Positions 22,701-48,099 of a DNA stretch of 64,000 nt are shown here, in pieces. Each line of letters begins with the position of its first letter. Position 1 is the stretch's first letter. A program made the position numbers and the translations under genes. The DNA is from Macrostomum lignano. Taxonomy: Eukaryota. Under the pieces are notes generated by a model. It did no database searches. It worked only from the letters and a program-made list of their open reading frames with translations, and was not told where the DNA came from. Where the stretch lies: NCBI GenBank assembly GCA_002269645.1, contig NIVC01000284.1, positions 310,001-374,000 of the forward strand. The letters run 5' to 3'.

Positions 22701-25700
22701 TTAGGCTGCAAGGGAGTTTTGCCGCTCTCACTGGCGCTGCTGCTGCTCTTATTATTGTTGTTTCCATTGTCAGTACTGTTGCTATCCGCAACGAGTATAT
22801 CGGATTCGTTGAGTTCGTTAAAATTGAGTCTGCTGACATTGTCTCGGGCTAGCCAACGCTTTGGCAATCTCAGAGGCTGCATCGGTCCGAGTTGAATACC
22901 TCCATGAGTTATTACCTGGCCCACAGCTGACTCTAGGGTTCGAACACAGCCTAGCAAAAGTTCGGGTTCAACCAGCAAGCTAAGCTTGCTTCCTCTTTGC
23001 CCAGATGATCTTTCCACAACACCGTTTGGCAGGCGATTCAGCAGATTTTGCACAGCGGCAGCTGAATTCTCCACCGGCTGCAGCAGAGTCGCAGACACGC
23101 AATATCGTCTGCAGTTGAACGCTTGCGCTAGAAAATTCTTGGTGCCAACCCCGGCAACCTGACCGCCAGACAGGTAGACTATTCGCTCGTCTGGCGCAAT
23201 CGTTGGCATGTCATTTTGACTGCTGGCTACCACAATAGACACCGAAGCTGTCTGTCGACAGATGTCTCGGAGAAGACGCCAGACGCGCTGCTTCGCCGCC
23301 GCCTCCAGGCCTTTGGTCGGCTCGTCAAGCAGCACCAGCTGAGCGCATCCGGCTAAACAGTTGGCGAGGCTCAGCAGCTTTCGCTGGCAGAGATTCAGAT
23401 CCGCCGGCGTCTGGTCTTCAACCCCGGCCAGGCCAAGACGGGTCAGCAACTCGCGTGGCGTTGCTGTGGTATCGGAGCCGATGACGCAGCCCCGACTGGC
23501 CAGCGTCAGTGACAGGCCTCGCCGCACGGTCAGGCAGGTGCAGATGCCGTCGTTTGCGTTCTGGCTGAGATTGGCGGCCACTTTTCTACGAACGAGAAGT
23601 CTGTCCAGTGGCTCCGTAGCCTGGAAGCCATTAAGCATCGTGACGGATCCGCAGACAACTGACGGGGCGGCTGCTCGCTGATGAAATCCGGAAAGAAGTC
23701 GGAGCAGTGTGGACTTGCCGCTACCACTGTTGCCAAGGAGCCAGGTAATGTGACCGGGGTAGATCTTAACTGGAGGGTGGCAAACACAAATGTTTTTTTA
23801 CCAGCTAGACAAAAAGCAAACTTAATTAAGCCGCTTTCAGGTTTCTGATAAACTAAATAAATTAAACTAAACTAATAAACTAAATTTATTTCCCAAAGAA
23901 AGTTTTCCTGCAGCGATGTTTTCCCACCGAGCCTTTTTTCGTAGGGTTTTTCCAGTCGGAATTTCAAATGAAATTGAATCGGATTTGAAATCTAGTCTAG
24001 CCTAGTCTAGTCTAGTCTAGTCTAGTTCTAATCTAGTCCAGAATTGTCTATAGACTAGATTTGACTTGAAAACCTCCCGCGGGAAAACCTCGCTGCGGAA
24101 AAAACTCGCGCGGGCAAACCACGGCGAGAAAACTTCCCACAGGAAATTCTCAGTACTCACATGAAACCTGTCTCAGAGCCTGGCTGGCACTGCAGGAGCA
24201 GCAGCAGCAGCAGCAGCAGTCTCCACTGTCGCGGTAAGCAACGCTGACTTGATCCACCACAGCAATCGGAACTGAGCCAGAGGGCATGTCTTCAACGAAA
24301 GCGCAACGTTCTTTCTTGTCTACTGTCACCCCACCATCGATGAGATTTGTTGTGTCTGTCTGCTCCAATTTGTCCGGCATCCAAAATCGTTTAGTGATTG
24401 GAAAATAAACTGGCAGACAGAGTCCGTTACCATCTGGTAGGATGAAGTCCAGGTAAAGAATAGCAATCGCTATTATGATGGGTGTCGCGAACATGCAGGG
24501 AAAAATGCTCCTGTGATGAGCTGCAGCCTGATGGGTCAGCAGCTCAATGCCATCGGATGCTACGTGACTTTCCACAACTTGCAGACTGCTAATAGGCGGG
24601 TAAAGGTACAGGACAGCGGTGGCTCCGCTTTCGAGGAGGCCTGGCGCGTACGCGAAACTCCCTATCAATGCCATGTTCAGCAGCATCATCAGAGTGCAAG
24701 CCGCTGCGTAAGTCAAAACTGTAGCGCAAAGTATTGCCAGCATAGCCAGGCTAATGCTATGCAAAAAGTATACAATCAATACTCGAAAAGCCCTATGAGA
24801 TGCCAGTCTCAATTCTGGGCATTGAATAACCTGGCCAGCCACAAACACGCCTGACAGTACCAGACACTCGACGATAGTGATGACAAACGTTGGTAGCCAG
24901 AAAGCCGTCGCACACAAACCGCTGAGGTGTTGTAGCTTTAGAAAATTATGCATCTTAAGCCGATGGATACAGTACGCTGTGGATAAGCTGAAGTAGAGAA
25001 TTACAGCCATGGTACTGATCGAGAAAGAAACTGCTACAACTGTGCGAAACAGCTTGTTGCTTGAGTTGCATAACTTTTGCTCTTTCGCTTGGGGCCTAGC
25101 TGGTACAGTGTCGGTTGCAACTGGGACCTGCGGATTTCTGTAAGTGCTGTTCACGCTACCGTTGGCATAAGTTTCAAAGTAAAGCAGATTGATTTCTTTC
25201 AGCGCGCTTAGCTGACTAGGCTTGGCTTTTTTCGGCTGGTAGAGAAGACTGCAGTCAAAGCTGCTGGAGTTCTCTGCTAAGCACTCCAGCATTATTGGGG
25301 AAGACTTAGCCTTGGCAACCGTCTGCAGAAGTAGTTTACCTTTGTTATTATTCGCTCTGGTTAGCAACTGCTCAATGCAAGTCCTTGCGGGAACAGTGCA
25401 GAAGAGGTCAAGCTGACTGTCCCAGCGTATGCCACTGACGGTTTCAAGCTGCAGAGTGTCGCTTTCGCTGGCCTGTTTTCCCACCTGAAGTTTCCAGGCA
25501 GTTCCAATATCCACAGTCCGATAGAACCGCAGCTCCGAGTCAGCGTCCAGATCGAATCTGCTCAGAATGATTGACAGGTAAGCGCCGGAGAACAGCAGCA
25601 CAGCTGACGGTATGAGAAAGACGAGACGCCAGGCTTTCAAGTGCAGTAGAGCGCGGGTCCATTCGTTCAACTGTCTGGCCAGACTCCAGTTTGGCGTCAT

Positions 25701-25736
25701 TGTCCCCGAGTTGACCTTGTATTTCAGTCGAAGCAT
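19702..25736 (-). CDS. ABCA-subfamily full-size ABC transporter-like protein; exons 25736-24161, 23769-20367, 20047-19702 (about 1774 aa)
   Basis: TMD1-NBD1-TMD2-NBD2 layout. GT-AG splicing with matching phases gives QALRQVS|FKIYPGHITWLLGNSGSGKST and GTRSQLRS|IYGNWFVLDI. Also IGYCPQYSPLFKWLTVQEHL and an ABCA-type C-terminal domain (FKGALLLEETH...LQFCLP...LDQAM). Confidence 0.88.
23901..24150. repeat. Imperfect fold-back (MITE-like) element with a central (CTAGT)n tract in ABCA intron 1
   Basis: The left arm TTTTCCTGCAGCGATGTTTTCCCACCGA resembles the reverse complement of the right arm (TTTTCCGCAGCGAGGTTTTCCCGCGGGA). (CTAGT)n lies at about 23991-24036. Confidence 0.45.
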
Positions 25737-26288
25737 TTGTTAAAACTGGCCACTATCTGCATCGCATAGCTGTTTATAATGCGCGTATGTTACAATAATT
25801 AAGCATATTGATGTATTAATTAATGAACTAATCTCTACAAGCATGGATTCTATGGTCAAGACATGTTTCGAAAGTAACGTTGGTTAAAATCTCGCTGCAT
25901 GCACCCTACGACTGCCTGCTGGCTGACGCAGGCGTCCCAGTTGACATCAATTCCTACCGTATGGACTATCCAGTTGATTTTGCTTGAAAAATAACAAAAT
26001 CCAATAAGTCAACTTCAATGCACAATCTCTTTTGGAAACATTCACAGAGCGTAATGACGAACAATGAGAGCTGATTATGGAACTTTATTTTGATCGTTCG
26101 TTTGGTTCAAAGACATTTTTAGCGCACTACTATGAGTCTCAAATCAAGTGTACTTTCTTCATCTCAGTTCCCTGTGGCAGGCTGCAAGCTCGGCAGCACC
26201 CTGAGCGGCGGAATCGGCGGGCCAGGCTCGCGAAGCATTCGCTGAACAGCTCGACCAAGGCGCGACTTGTCGCGGACCAGATCGCAGT

Positions 26289-31001
<4,713 letters not shown>

Positions 31002-33945
31002 TTTAATTGAAGAGCTGAGGGTTTGGCAAAAAAATCATCGACTTGCATTTCTGTCCATTTTGTAAAGAGCGGCTTTATTATTCCTTACACGCTTTAAACT
31101 AATACTCAAAAGTCTTCTACAATTCTTTTTTCGATTATAGCATGCTGAGTTACTCATGAACTATTTCCAAAATAAATAATTTTGTCTTAAACTAAAAATC
31201 CATTAAATATCAATTAAGAAACAGAACATAATTATTGTCTCTAAAACATTTTTGTTATATTTTTGTAAGCTTAGCAATAAAATTTTAAGCAAGCAATACT
31301 ATTATTCTAAGGAAGGTAGTCTACTCATTGTCTTATTAAATTATGGCAGTAAAAGTAGGCAACACTGTAATTACTCTAAAAGTCATATAAGTATGGAAAT
31401 AGACATTTGTTGAAGTTATTTAAAAAGCAAAAATATATGAATATTCTCGCAATATGTATAATCGTTAAAAATACTAGCACAATATGAATTGATATGTAGG
31501 TTTAACTTCAATATAACAGAAGGCTTCAGCACATTCAGCTTTATTTTTGCTGTAATAGAGCGAAGTTTCTGCTAAAATGTTATAGAAAAGCAGTAGCAAG
31601 AAGTTTCACTTGACCTGAATTGTAAAATAGTTTTTATATTTTTTATCAAATACCATTCCTAAAATTAAGTTTATTTTTATAGTTTCATCGAATCCCATTT
31701 TTGCTTAAACCTTAAAAGATAGGCGATGCAATGTCTCGATCTCAAACAAGGTTCAAAGTTAAATTTGATTACTTTGTAAGGTATGCTAAAATTAAGAATG
31801 ATTTAATAATATTATAGTAACAATGCACCTAAAAAATAATAAAATAAGAAATAAAGGTTGCTTAGACCGTGGATAGGTCCGTAAGCATACGAATAACGGT
31901 CAAAGCCGAATTCGATTGCATTTAAAAGAAAATAAACTACGTAAATTAAAATTAAACTCTTTCTTTGCTTAGATACAGAACTAAAGTTAAGGTTTTCAAA
32001 CGTTTTTCACACAAAAGTACTTTCTTAAAACATATAATAAAGTATTTAGACACAGCTAAAGCTTAATTGACAAGAATGATAAATTATTTTGTTTTAAACG
32101 TCACGGTAAATTATGTGCCGTGAACTTTCAAAATTATCGTGAGTTAATCGTTCTTAAAGCTTGTAGGAAGGATGCAGCTTATGGTTATTATAATTTACTA
32201 ACCCCGCTTAGTTACAAAAATTCACACGTATGGACACGTGCATAGACAAGTAATGTATCGATCAATTGTATAAATGCACACGCACTTTATTGCTTTACCA
32301 ATCTGGAGAGTACACAGTAAATTCGTTGACTTTGTATAATGAACTTTAAAGTGAGTAAAAACGCTTGTTTATAAGTCAAAACAAATCTATTAAAAAGAGC
32401 CTGGAATTTATGCACCTGATGTGGTAATACTAGCTGAACTTTACATTACTCTCCCCGTACCATCTGATTTGTATAGTACGATCCTATATTTTAGTCAGAG
32501 TCTGAGATCTCTATTAGTTTTGCATTAAAACGACCCTCTAGCTGGATTTAGTGCAAGTAACAATGTCTAGCTGATAAAGAACTAAATAAAGTTCAAAATG
32601 TGCGCTAAAAATTGGTACATGTTTCTAATTATATTGCACTTGAATTCGCTTCTTTAAGCAGTTTCGCTTGAAGATACATGCACAGATGTATGCAAGTGTA
32701 TATTTGAGATTTATTTATATAACAGAAAGATACATGTTAACTCAAGCTACTTTAAATGGCAGTTTTTCAAAGAAAAATTATAGACAGTGTGAGTGAATAA
32801 AAACTTTCTGTACCTATTTAGTTTTACAAAGTTATAGGAAAATTCAAATTCGGTAAAACGTTTTGCAATAAATAGTGCATACATGTATTTACACTGCACC
32901 AGGGAACTGTGAGCGCTCCAAAAATCTATAACAGACATTATCGTCGTAATTGACTTCTACATTTTACGTCGTAAGCCTCAATTCTAAAAGAAAAAAAGAT
33001 TATTAGATGACAAAAAAGTAACGAACCTGCTCACAATTCTCAATTGGAGTATAACAGGTTTAAAGAAACATTCTGAATGGGGGCAAGATACATGTACAGT
33101 GTGTTTATAGTACACTAAGTTAGAAATTTATAAAACTGCCCATTTTATACTGAGAGTAGCAATTCTAAAATTTTATTGAGTTAGGGAGAGTTGCTTTTGC
33201 AGCATTATAAGTTAGCTGGAGAATGCAGTTTTAAATTAAAACATTAAAAAACTGAAATGAATGGACAAAAGAGATTGAAAAATATTTAAGTGCAATCAAA
33301 GTTAATAAAACAATATTTTAATTATAAATAGTGCAAAAGTAGTGCTTTAACTACAGAATTGAAGCAAAAATGTTTATAAAAATTTAATACTGCCAATATA
33401 CTCATCTAGCTATAGTTAAACAGAGGCATTCACAATTCATTGGCTTTTATTAATAAGAATTGCATCGCTAAAAAGAATTATAATTCAATTCATTCATTTT
33501 TAAATAGGCACTGTGCGGCAGCAGAGCTTTTTGAAAACGTAAATTACATTAAATACGTGAGCAGATGGGCATTCAGACATATCAGTGACTTACAAAAAAT
33601 GTTTCTTGCTGTTTGAGGGAAGGCTGTCGTGAGACTTTAATAGTGGGATTTAAGAGTAACGGTTAAACAAAAATTGAAACTTCACTCTATTCGAGAAGTG
33701 ATTGGCCGGGCAGTGGAGGGCCTATCGTATTTGCCATTAAACGAAAGTCAAATATCAAGCCCGAATTTAACAAAAATTTATAACGTTTTAAATTGAGGAA
33801 AACTGCAATATTATTATGGACGAAAAATATATTCCTAAGACTGAAATATTATATAAGACTAAACCTAACCCTGCAATATTAGAATTAGCATTGCCCATAC
33901 CAAAAATCAAGTTCATCGGATGATCTAGGTCGTATAAAACTCGAA

Positions 33946-40903
<6,958 letters not shown>

Positions 40904-42835
40904 AGATAGCTTGTATGCTACAAAATCTTTCTATCGTTTCTTGGTTTGCTAGTTCGACGAGCTACTTTGTATTGGACTTGTTTCCAATTTGACTAACAAT
41001 TTCAAAAATGAGTCACTTGAGAAGCCGTACGAATTCAATCATGGCTTTAGTAATTATAGTCCAGTCAGTTGTTCGACAGCAAAATTCGGTTAATCTCTGA
41101 TCCTGAATAGAATAAGCCTATTGAAGCGCAGTTCGTAGGGCTGTGCAATCCAATTTATACAGGCGCGCATACAGAAAAACTCGATTCGAAAGATGAAGGG
41201 GGGAAGCAAGCTCCTCGGACCCCAGATGCCCAGCCAACCAGCACTAAGCTCCAGCTTGGGTTCTCTCTCTCTCCTCCCTCTCCATCAACTCCCCACAGAA
41301 AACTGAGTACGATTACCGAATGATCAAATGGGCAGAATCCCTATATATGCCAATCTGCACTCCCTGCACCCCCTCCAGCTGCACCACCACCCTACCCCCC
41401 CCCCCCACTAGAGATAGGGACCCTCATTCAGTCAGTCAGTTCTGTCTGTCTGTCTCGCTGTGTGTATTGGGAGTCCTGCAGCCTTGCGCTTTCCTCTTCC
41501 ACTTCAACTCTTCTTCCACACACACACGGCACACACACACACTACTCTCTGAGGCTTTAGCTGGGCTCCCTCACAGACTCGCTCAGCATCAGTACACACA
41601 CACACACCAGTCAGGCAAGTCCAGCTTCCCTCTCTCTCCTCCCTCTCAGCTTCATCTGCTGGAAGAGCCTCATCCAGTGCTAGCAGGCATGCTGGCCCAT
41701 ATATATTAGGGGAACAGAAATGAACTGACAGTAGTAAAAAAATCGCTTCTGGAGGTTTCCGTCAAATTCGGACCCAACGAGACTCCTAACTAACCCCTCG
41801 CTTCGGCGTTCTTCGTCCTCCCTACTTGAGCCCCCGACTGGCTCAGGGGCACCCACACGCCCACACGCACACACACTTAATACTCTTGCAAGTTCGTGAT
41901 CCGCCAAATTTTTTGACAAGCAGGAGTAAAATTTAGACACGGGTAGATGAGATCTGTACAGCGAGAGAAGGAACTCTTCTCCCGCATGAATTTCCTGCGA
42001 GGCTGATGTGACATTGAGTCAAAACTTGGCGCCTCACTCAAATATACATTCTCGTCCTTAACTTTCCTCACGAGTCTCAACTCGGGGCATCCAAGGATTT
42101 AGGGGATTTAGTTTAGAGAGGAGCTTTTTAAAATTGCAAGATCCCCCCACTTGGGATTCAAATTGGACTTCGTCCCACCCAACTAACTGAGTTCATGGGC
42201 AGCTCTGCTCGAAAAAAATCACTTCGCACTTTTTGAATTCCGTCAGTCAGTAAAGACGATCCCCGATTTAAAATTCTCTTATTTGAATCAGAATTTAATC
42301 AATGTGATCCTGTCCTGATTTCAAGCCACAATGTCAAATGTTTCTTAGTTTTAACGAGACTATTTTATTTTAAATATGTACGAGTATAATTTTATTTCAA
42401 ATGAAACTCACTGAAGTCACGTGACACCTCTGCCTAGTGCGTGAACATCAGCACTATACTGCCTACCATCCTGCACCATATTAACCCAGTAATTTATGAA
42501 TAAATATACAGCTCCATACCGCCTAGAAATCTGACAAAACGAGCTTATGCTCCCCCCGTTAGCTTTTTTTGCTTTCGCTAGTAAGGAAGAAATGAACGAT
42601 GACTGCCTGCCTCACTACTGGGAGAAATTGGGGAGAAAATTAATTAATGCAGAGAATCCGAGAGAGAGAGAGAGAAGAGAGGAGAGACCAACTGCCCAAA
42701 ACCTCAGCCAAAGCCTCTTTCCCCAGCCTTAACTCTCCATTTTCAGACAACTTGCCAATACCCTGCAGTTACTCCAGTTTGTCGGTTTGGTTATTTACAG
42801 GATTTTAACCTTAATGAATTGAAAAGTTCATATAG

Positions 42836-43556
42836 TAAAATGGCACTCTCAATGCCTGAAATGGCACTCTCAATGTCTGAAATGGCACTCTTAATGCTTG
42901 AAATGGCACTCTCAATGCCTGAAATGGCACTTTCAATGTCTGAAATGGCACTCTCAATGCCTGAAATGGCACTCTCAATGTCTGAAATGGCACTCTCAAT
43001 GCCTGAAATGGCACTCTCAATGCCTGAAATGGCACTCTCAATGCCTGAAATGGCACTCTCAATGTCTGAAACGGCACTCCTTAGTCTGAAATGGCACTCT
43101 CAATGCCTGAAATGGCACTCTCAACGTCTGAAATGGCACTCCTTAGTCTGAAATGGCACTCTCAATGCCTGAAATGGCACTCTCAATGTCTGAAATGGCA
43201 CTCTCAATGTCTGAAATGGCACTCTCAATACTTGAAATGGCACTCTCAATGTCTGAAATGGCACTCTCAATGCCTGAAATGGCACTCTCAATGCCTGAAA
43301 TGGCACTCTCAATGTCTGAAATGGCACTCTCAATGCCTGAAATGGCACTCTCAATGCCTGAAATGGCACTCCTTAGTCTGAAATAGCACTCTCAATGCCT
43401 GAAATGGCACTCTCAATGCCTGAAATGGCACTCTCAATGCCTGAAATGGCACTCTCAATGCCTGAAATGGCACTCTCAATGCCTGAAATGGCACTCTCAA
43501 TGCCTGAAATGGCACTCCCAATGTCTGAAATGGCACTCTCAATGCCTGAAATGGCA
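42836..43556. repeat. 21-bp-unit minisatellite (TGAAATGGCACTCTCAATGCC)
   Basis: Direct reading. Confidence 0.96.
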
Positions 43557-43696
43557 ACCACATCGCAGTAACAATGTTAAATGTAAAATTTTAACGTAAA
43601 ACTGTCACAGCTGGTGACTAACTCGTGGCATACTTATTTCACATGCTACTGAAGTGAATTAATAGGGCCAAGCCAGAGAGAGGGATGATGGAGAAT

Positions 43697-43697
43697 A

Positions 43698-43766
<69 letters not shown>
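43697..43766. repeat. (TC)n microsatellite
   Basis: Direct reading. Confidence 0.95.
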
Positions 43767-43767
<1 letters not shown>

Positions 43768-44227
43768 ACTGCTCGCAAGATTGATCAACTAACCCATGGC
43801 TAATACTGTGTTTGATGGATCAGCCTAAGCCACTATAACAAATTATACTATCTGTTATGCTGATAATCTAGCCATAAGCCAACACTGTATTTACCATATT
43901 TTTTCAGGAAATAGCCTGCAGCAAATTAAAACAGAAAACGTGTCCTATTTGAGGTCACGTTTGCTAATATTTATTTATGAATAAAGACTTGCGCCATCGC
44001 CGTTGTTTTGATGTCGAAATAATGAAACTGGGGCTCAATGAGAACGAGACCAATTACCAGATTAGTTGTTTTGGCGGTAACAAAGTTCCCCTTTTTATGG
44101 TCATTTCTCATTTGAGATGAGTGAGATGCAAACTTCCGGAATGCGACGTTGTGGCTTCCAATTTGTAAATTGGATTTCCATGAGAACGACAACCCGTGAC
44201 TCTGTTTTAGCTTATTGGAGGGGAGGG

Positions 44228-44827
44228 CCCGGAGAGAGGGCAGCAGTGGAAGGATCAGGAGAGCGTAAGCAGTGGAAGGATCAGGAGAGGGTAAGCAGTG
44301 GAAGGATCAGGAGAGGGTAGCAGTGGAAGGATCAGGAGAGGGTAGCAGTGGAAGGATCAGGAGAGGGTAAGCAGTGGAAGGATCAGGAGAGGGTAGCAGT
44401 GGAAGGATCAGGAGAGGGTAGCAGTGGAAGGATCAGGAGAGGGTAAGCAGTGGAAGGATCAGGAGAGGGTAGCAGTGGAAGGATCAGGAGAGGGTAGCAG
44501 TGGAAGGATCAGGAGAGGGTAAGCAGTGGAAGGATCAGGAGAGGGTAAGCAGTGGAAGGATCAGGAGAGGGTAGCAGTGGAAGGATCAGGAAAGGGTAGC
44601 AGTGGAAGGATCAGGAGAGGGTAGCAGTGGAAGGATCAGGAGAGGGTAGCAGTGGAAGGATCAGGAGAGGGTAAGCAGTGGAAGGATCAGGAGAGGGTAG
44701 CAGTGGAAGGATCAGAAGAGGGTAGCAGTGGAAGGATCAGGAGAGGGTAAGCAGTGGAAGGATCAGGAGAGGGTAAGCAGTGGAAGGATCAGGAGAGGGT
44801 AAGCAGTGGAAGGATCAGGAGAGGGTA
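44228..44827. repeat. 25/26-bp-unit minisatellite (GCAGTGGAAGGATCAGGAGAGGGTA[A])
   Basis: Direct reading. Confidence 0.96.
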
Positions 44828-45571
44828 ATACCCGCTCGCACCCACTCTCTCGTAAACGCAGGTCGTAAAAAAACTTCGATTTTGTGGTGGAATATTAAAG
44901 GAACTTCAGGCAGGCAGTGCGGAAGTGATAAACAAATGGGAGAGTTGAGAGCTTTGCAGTCAGCTTAGGAAATGATTGTATTGAGTTCGGAATAGCAAAT
45001 CGATAGATCCTAAGGGAAGATTTTGATAGCCAGCTATCTCATTTCTCCCAATGGCAAGGAGATTCCGCCCAAATCCCGACAGTCTATAAGGTGGGTCCAG
45101 CTGTATAATGAAATTAATTATGCAGCAATAAATTGAGTTCGGTCCCGCGGCTTTAGTCTTAAAGCCCGTCTCGCTGCATCCCTCTATATTTTCTCTCCTT
45201 TCTCTTTGCCTTGGCTCGCCAAAAAGCCCTCGAGTTCTAGATATCTCTTCCTGCCCGAAATCTCTTTCCTCAAGAATATCCTCAAGGAGAAGACTCGGGG
45301 GGGGGGGGTAGAGACTACCTCGACTTTGATGGGGCAGCTAAACACAGGCGTGAGGAGACAGGGACTCAGACAGACCTATATATGGAGGGTTAGCGATGCG
45401 TCTGCGTACATCCATGCACTGAGGACTTGGCCATTTCCACAGATCCCATCTTCCTCTCTAGATAAATTGGATTATGAGCCCAACTGATGGAATAGCAACT
45501 GGCTGAGGTAGCGGGACATGGGCAACTGGCAACTGTGTCCTTGTGCTGCTGATGCAAACCAACCGGCAGCG

Positions 45572-45591
45572 TGTCTGTCTGCCTGTCTGTG

Positions 45592-45634
<43 letters not shown>

Positions 45635-45745
45635 GTGTCTGTCTGTCTGTCTGTGTGTCTGTCTGTCTGTCTGTGTGTCTGTCTGTCTGTCTGTGTGTCT
45701 GTGTGTCTGTCTGTCTGTCTGTCTGTGTGTCTGTCTGTCTGTCTG
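45572..45745. repeat. (TGTC)n microsatellite
   Basis: Direct reading. Confidence 0.95.
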
Positions 45746-46044
45746 CACCGCTCGCAGTCGCCTGTCCAGCAAGCAGAGCAACAGAACCCAAATGAGGCAG
45801 TGCTGGACAAAATAGTTTCGATCAATTCAGAGCTAAATAGGCACTGCGCATAGTAACTATTTGAGCAAAAGAGACACCCACAGACTAAATGGGGCAAACT
45901 GATTAAGGAAAAGTCGATGTCTTTTGGATCAATGCTAACGCAATAAAACAGAACAATTCTAGTATTTCGAAATCAGTAAATTGCCTTAATCTAATCATAG
46001 GCATCGGGACTGAAGAAGTACAATAAAGATGGACCGACAGCCAG

Positions 46045-46870
<826 letters not shown>

Positions 46871-48099
46871 CAGCCGCAGTCAAAGAGCAGTATAAGACAG
46901 AGGCGAGGCTCATCTGCCGCCGCGGCCGGAGCGCCAACCGCACGGAGGCCCATTCTGCATGGCACTAATCAAATAAAGAGCCAACGGCATAATGAATGGC
47001 CGGCTTAGCAGTCTAAAAATTTTCGTCCCCAGAAACGAGCCAGAACTTCTGCGCGCTGGTGGAGTGGCCGGCCGCCTCTTGGGGCATTAGCGGGCATTGG
47101 GGAACAGTCCAGCTCCAGCCTCCTCTGCTTCCTCATTCCCTAAGTCGAACTGCTCAAAATGTCTCTAGAGCAATCTTTCCAGCTTCCCCACTCAGCTTCA
47201 GTTTATGGAGTCCCTCATGTTTTGCCTATCTACTAGTTGGAAGCTGGGTGTGTGTCTGCGTTGTGTGCGAGTCCTGTGCCCTGGGGTTGAGCAGAATTCG
47301 CAAGAACAACAAAAGAGATTGAGGTCTCTCGCTGCTCTATATCTGTACTCAATCTATACTCCAGGCCTCGAAGTGGATTTGGGAGTTTTCCCAACTTCCC
47401 CCACCCTGAGGGCTCATAAAATCGCATTTTTGATTTACATCTCAACTGACCACTGTTGGCGCGTCAATTCGAATGAGGTTTTTGCTGAATGACGGAATTT
47501 CAGATGAAGTGAATGACGGAATTTCAGAGTAAACGATGAATTTTCGGATGTAAAAGTCCAAATTCCAAACAATAAATTTATTAGCTCGGACGCATGTTAA
47601 TGTCGGCGATCCTCATACAAAATTGTAAGAATAGCAATATTTCATTCTTTTACAATTATTTTCATGTCAGAAGATCATCCAACCGTTTAAATACTTCAGC
47701 TGTTTTTTGTAATTAATATCATAAATCATTTTTGCAAGACTTATCTATATAAATAGTCAGTAGTATGTTTACGTACTACTTAATAGTAGAAAGTGCGTTG
47801 CATTTCCATCTACTTTTATATTGCCAAGAAAAGTGGTTATGTAAATGTAAAAAAGTCGTTTTAAGTTTTCATTCTATACACCTTTACTTTTTGAGTGGTT
47901 TTAAGAGATATTTAATGATTTCTACAGCAAGAATGACTGCGCCACTGATAAACAAATAAATTGATAATAGAAAGACCTGACAAAATAATGTCAATATTTT
48001 AAATCCGTCATTGACTTTGGTAAAGTTTTCCTGTTCATAAAAAAGTTAACCTTCAGGACATTCAGGTCTAGTGGACTTTCACAAAATTCTAAACCATTA

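Noticed and set aside
31002-33945. AT-rich 3-kb stretch between TTC16 and RBFOX
   Set aside because: No structure seen beyond what an RBFOX 3' UTR plus the TTC16 promoter would explain; boundaries cannot be supported from sequence alone.
41877-42080. 67-aa minus-strand ORF as an upstream RBFOX coding exon
   Set aside because: No convincing donor and no recognisable homology; it may be UTR or promoter sequence.
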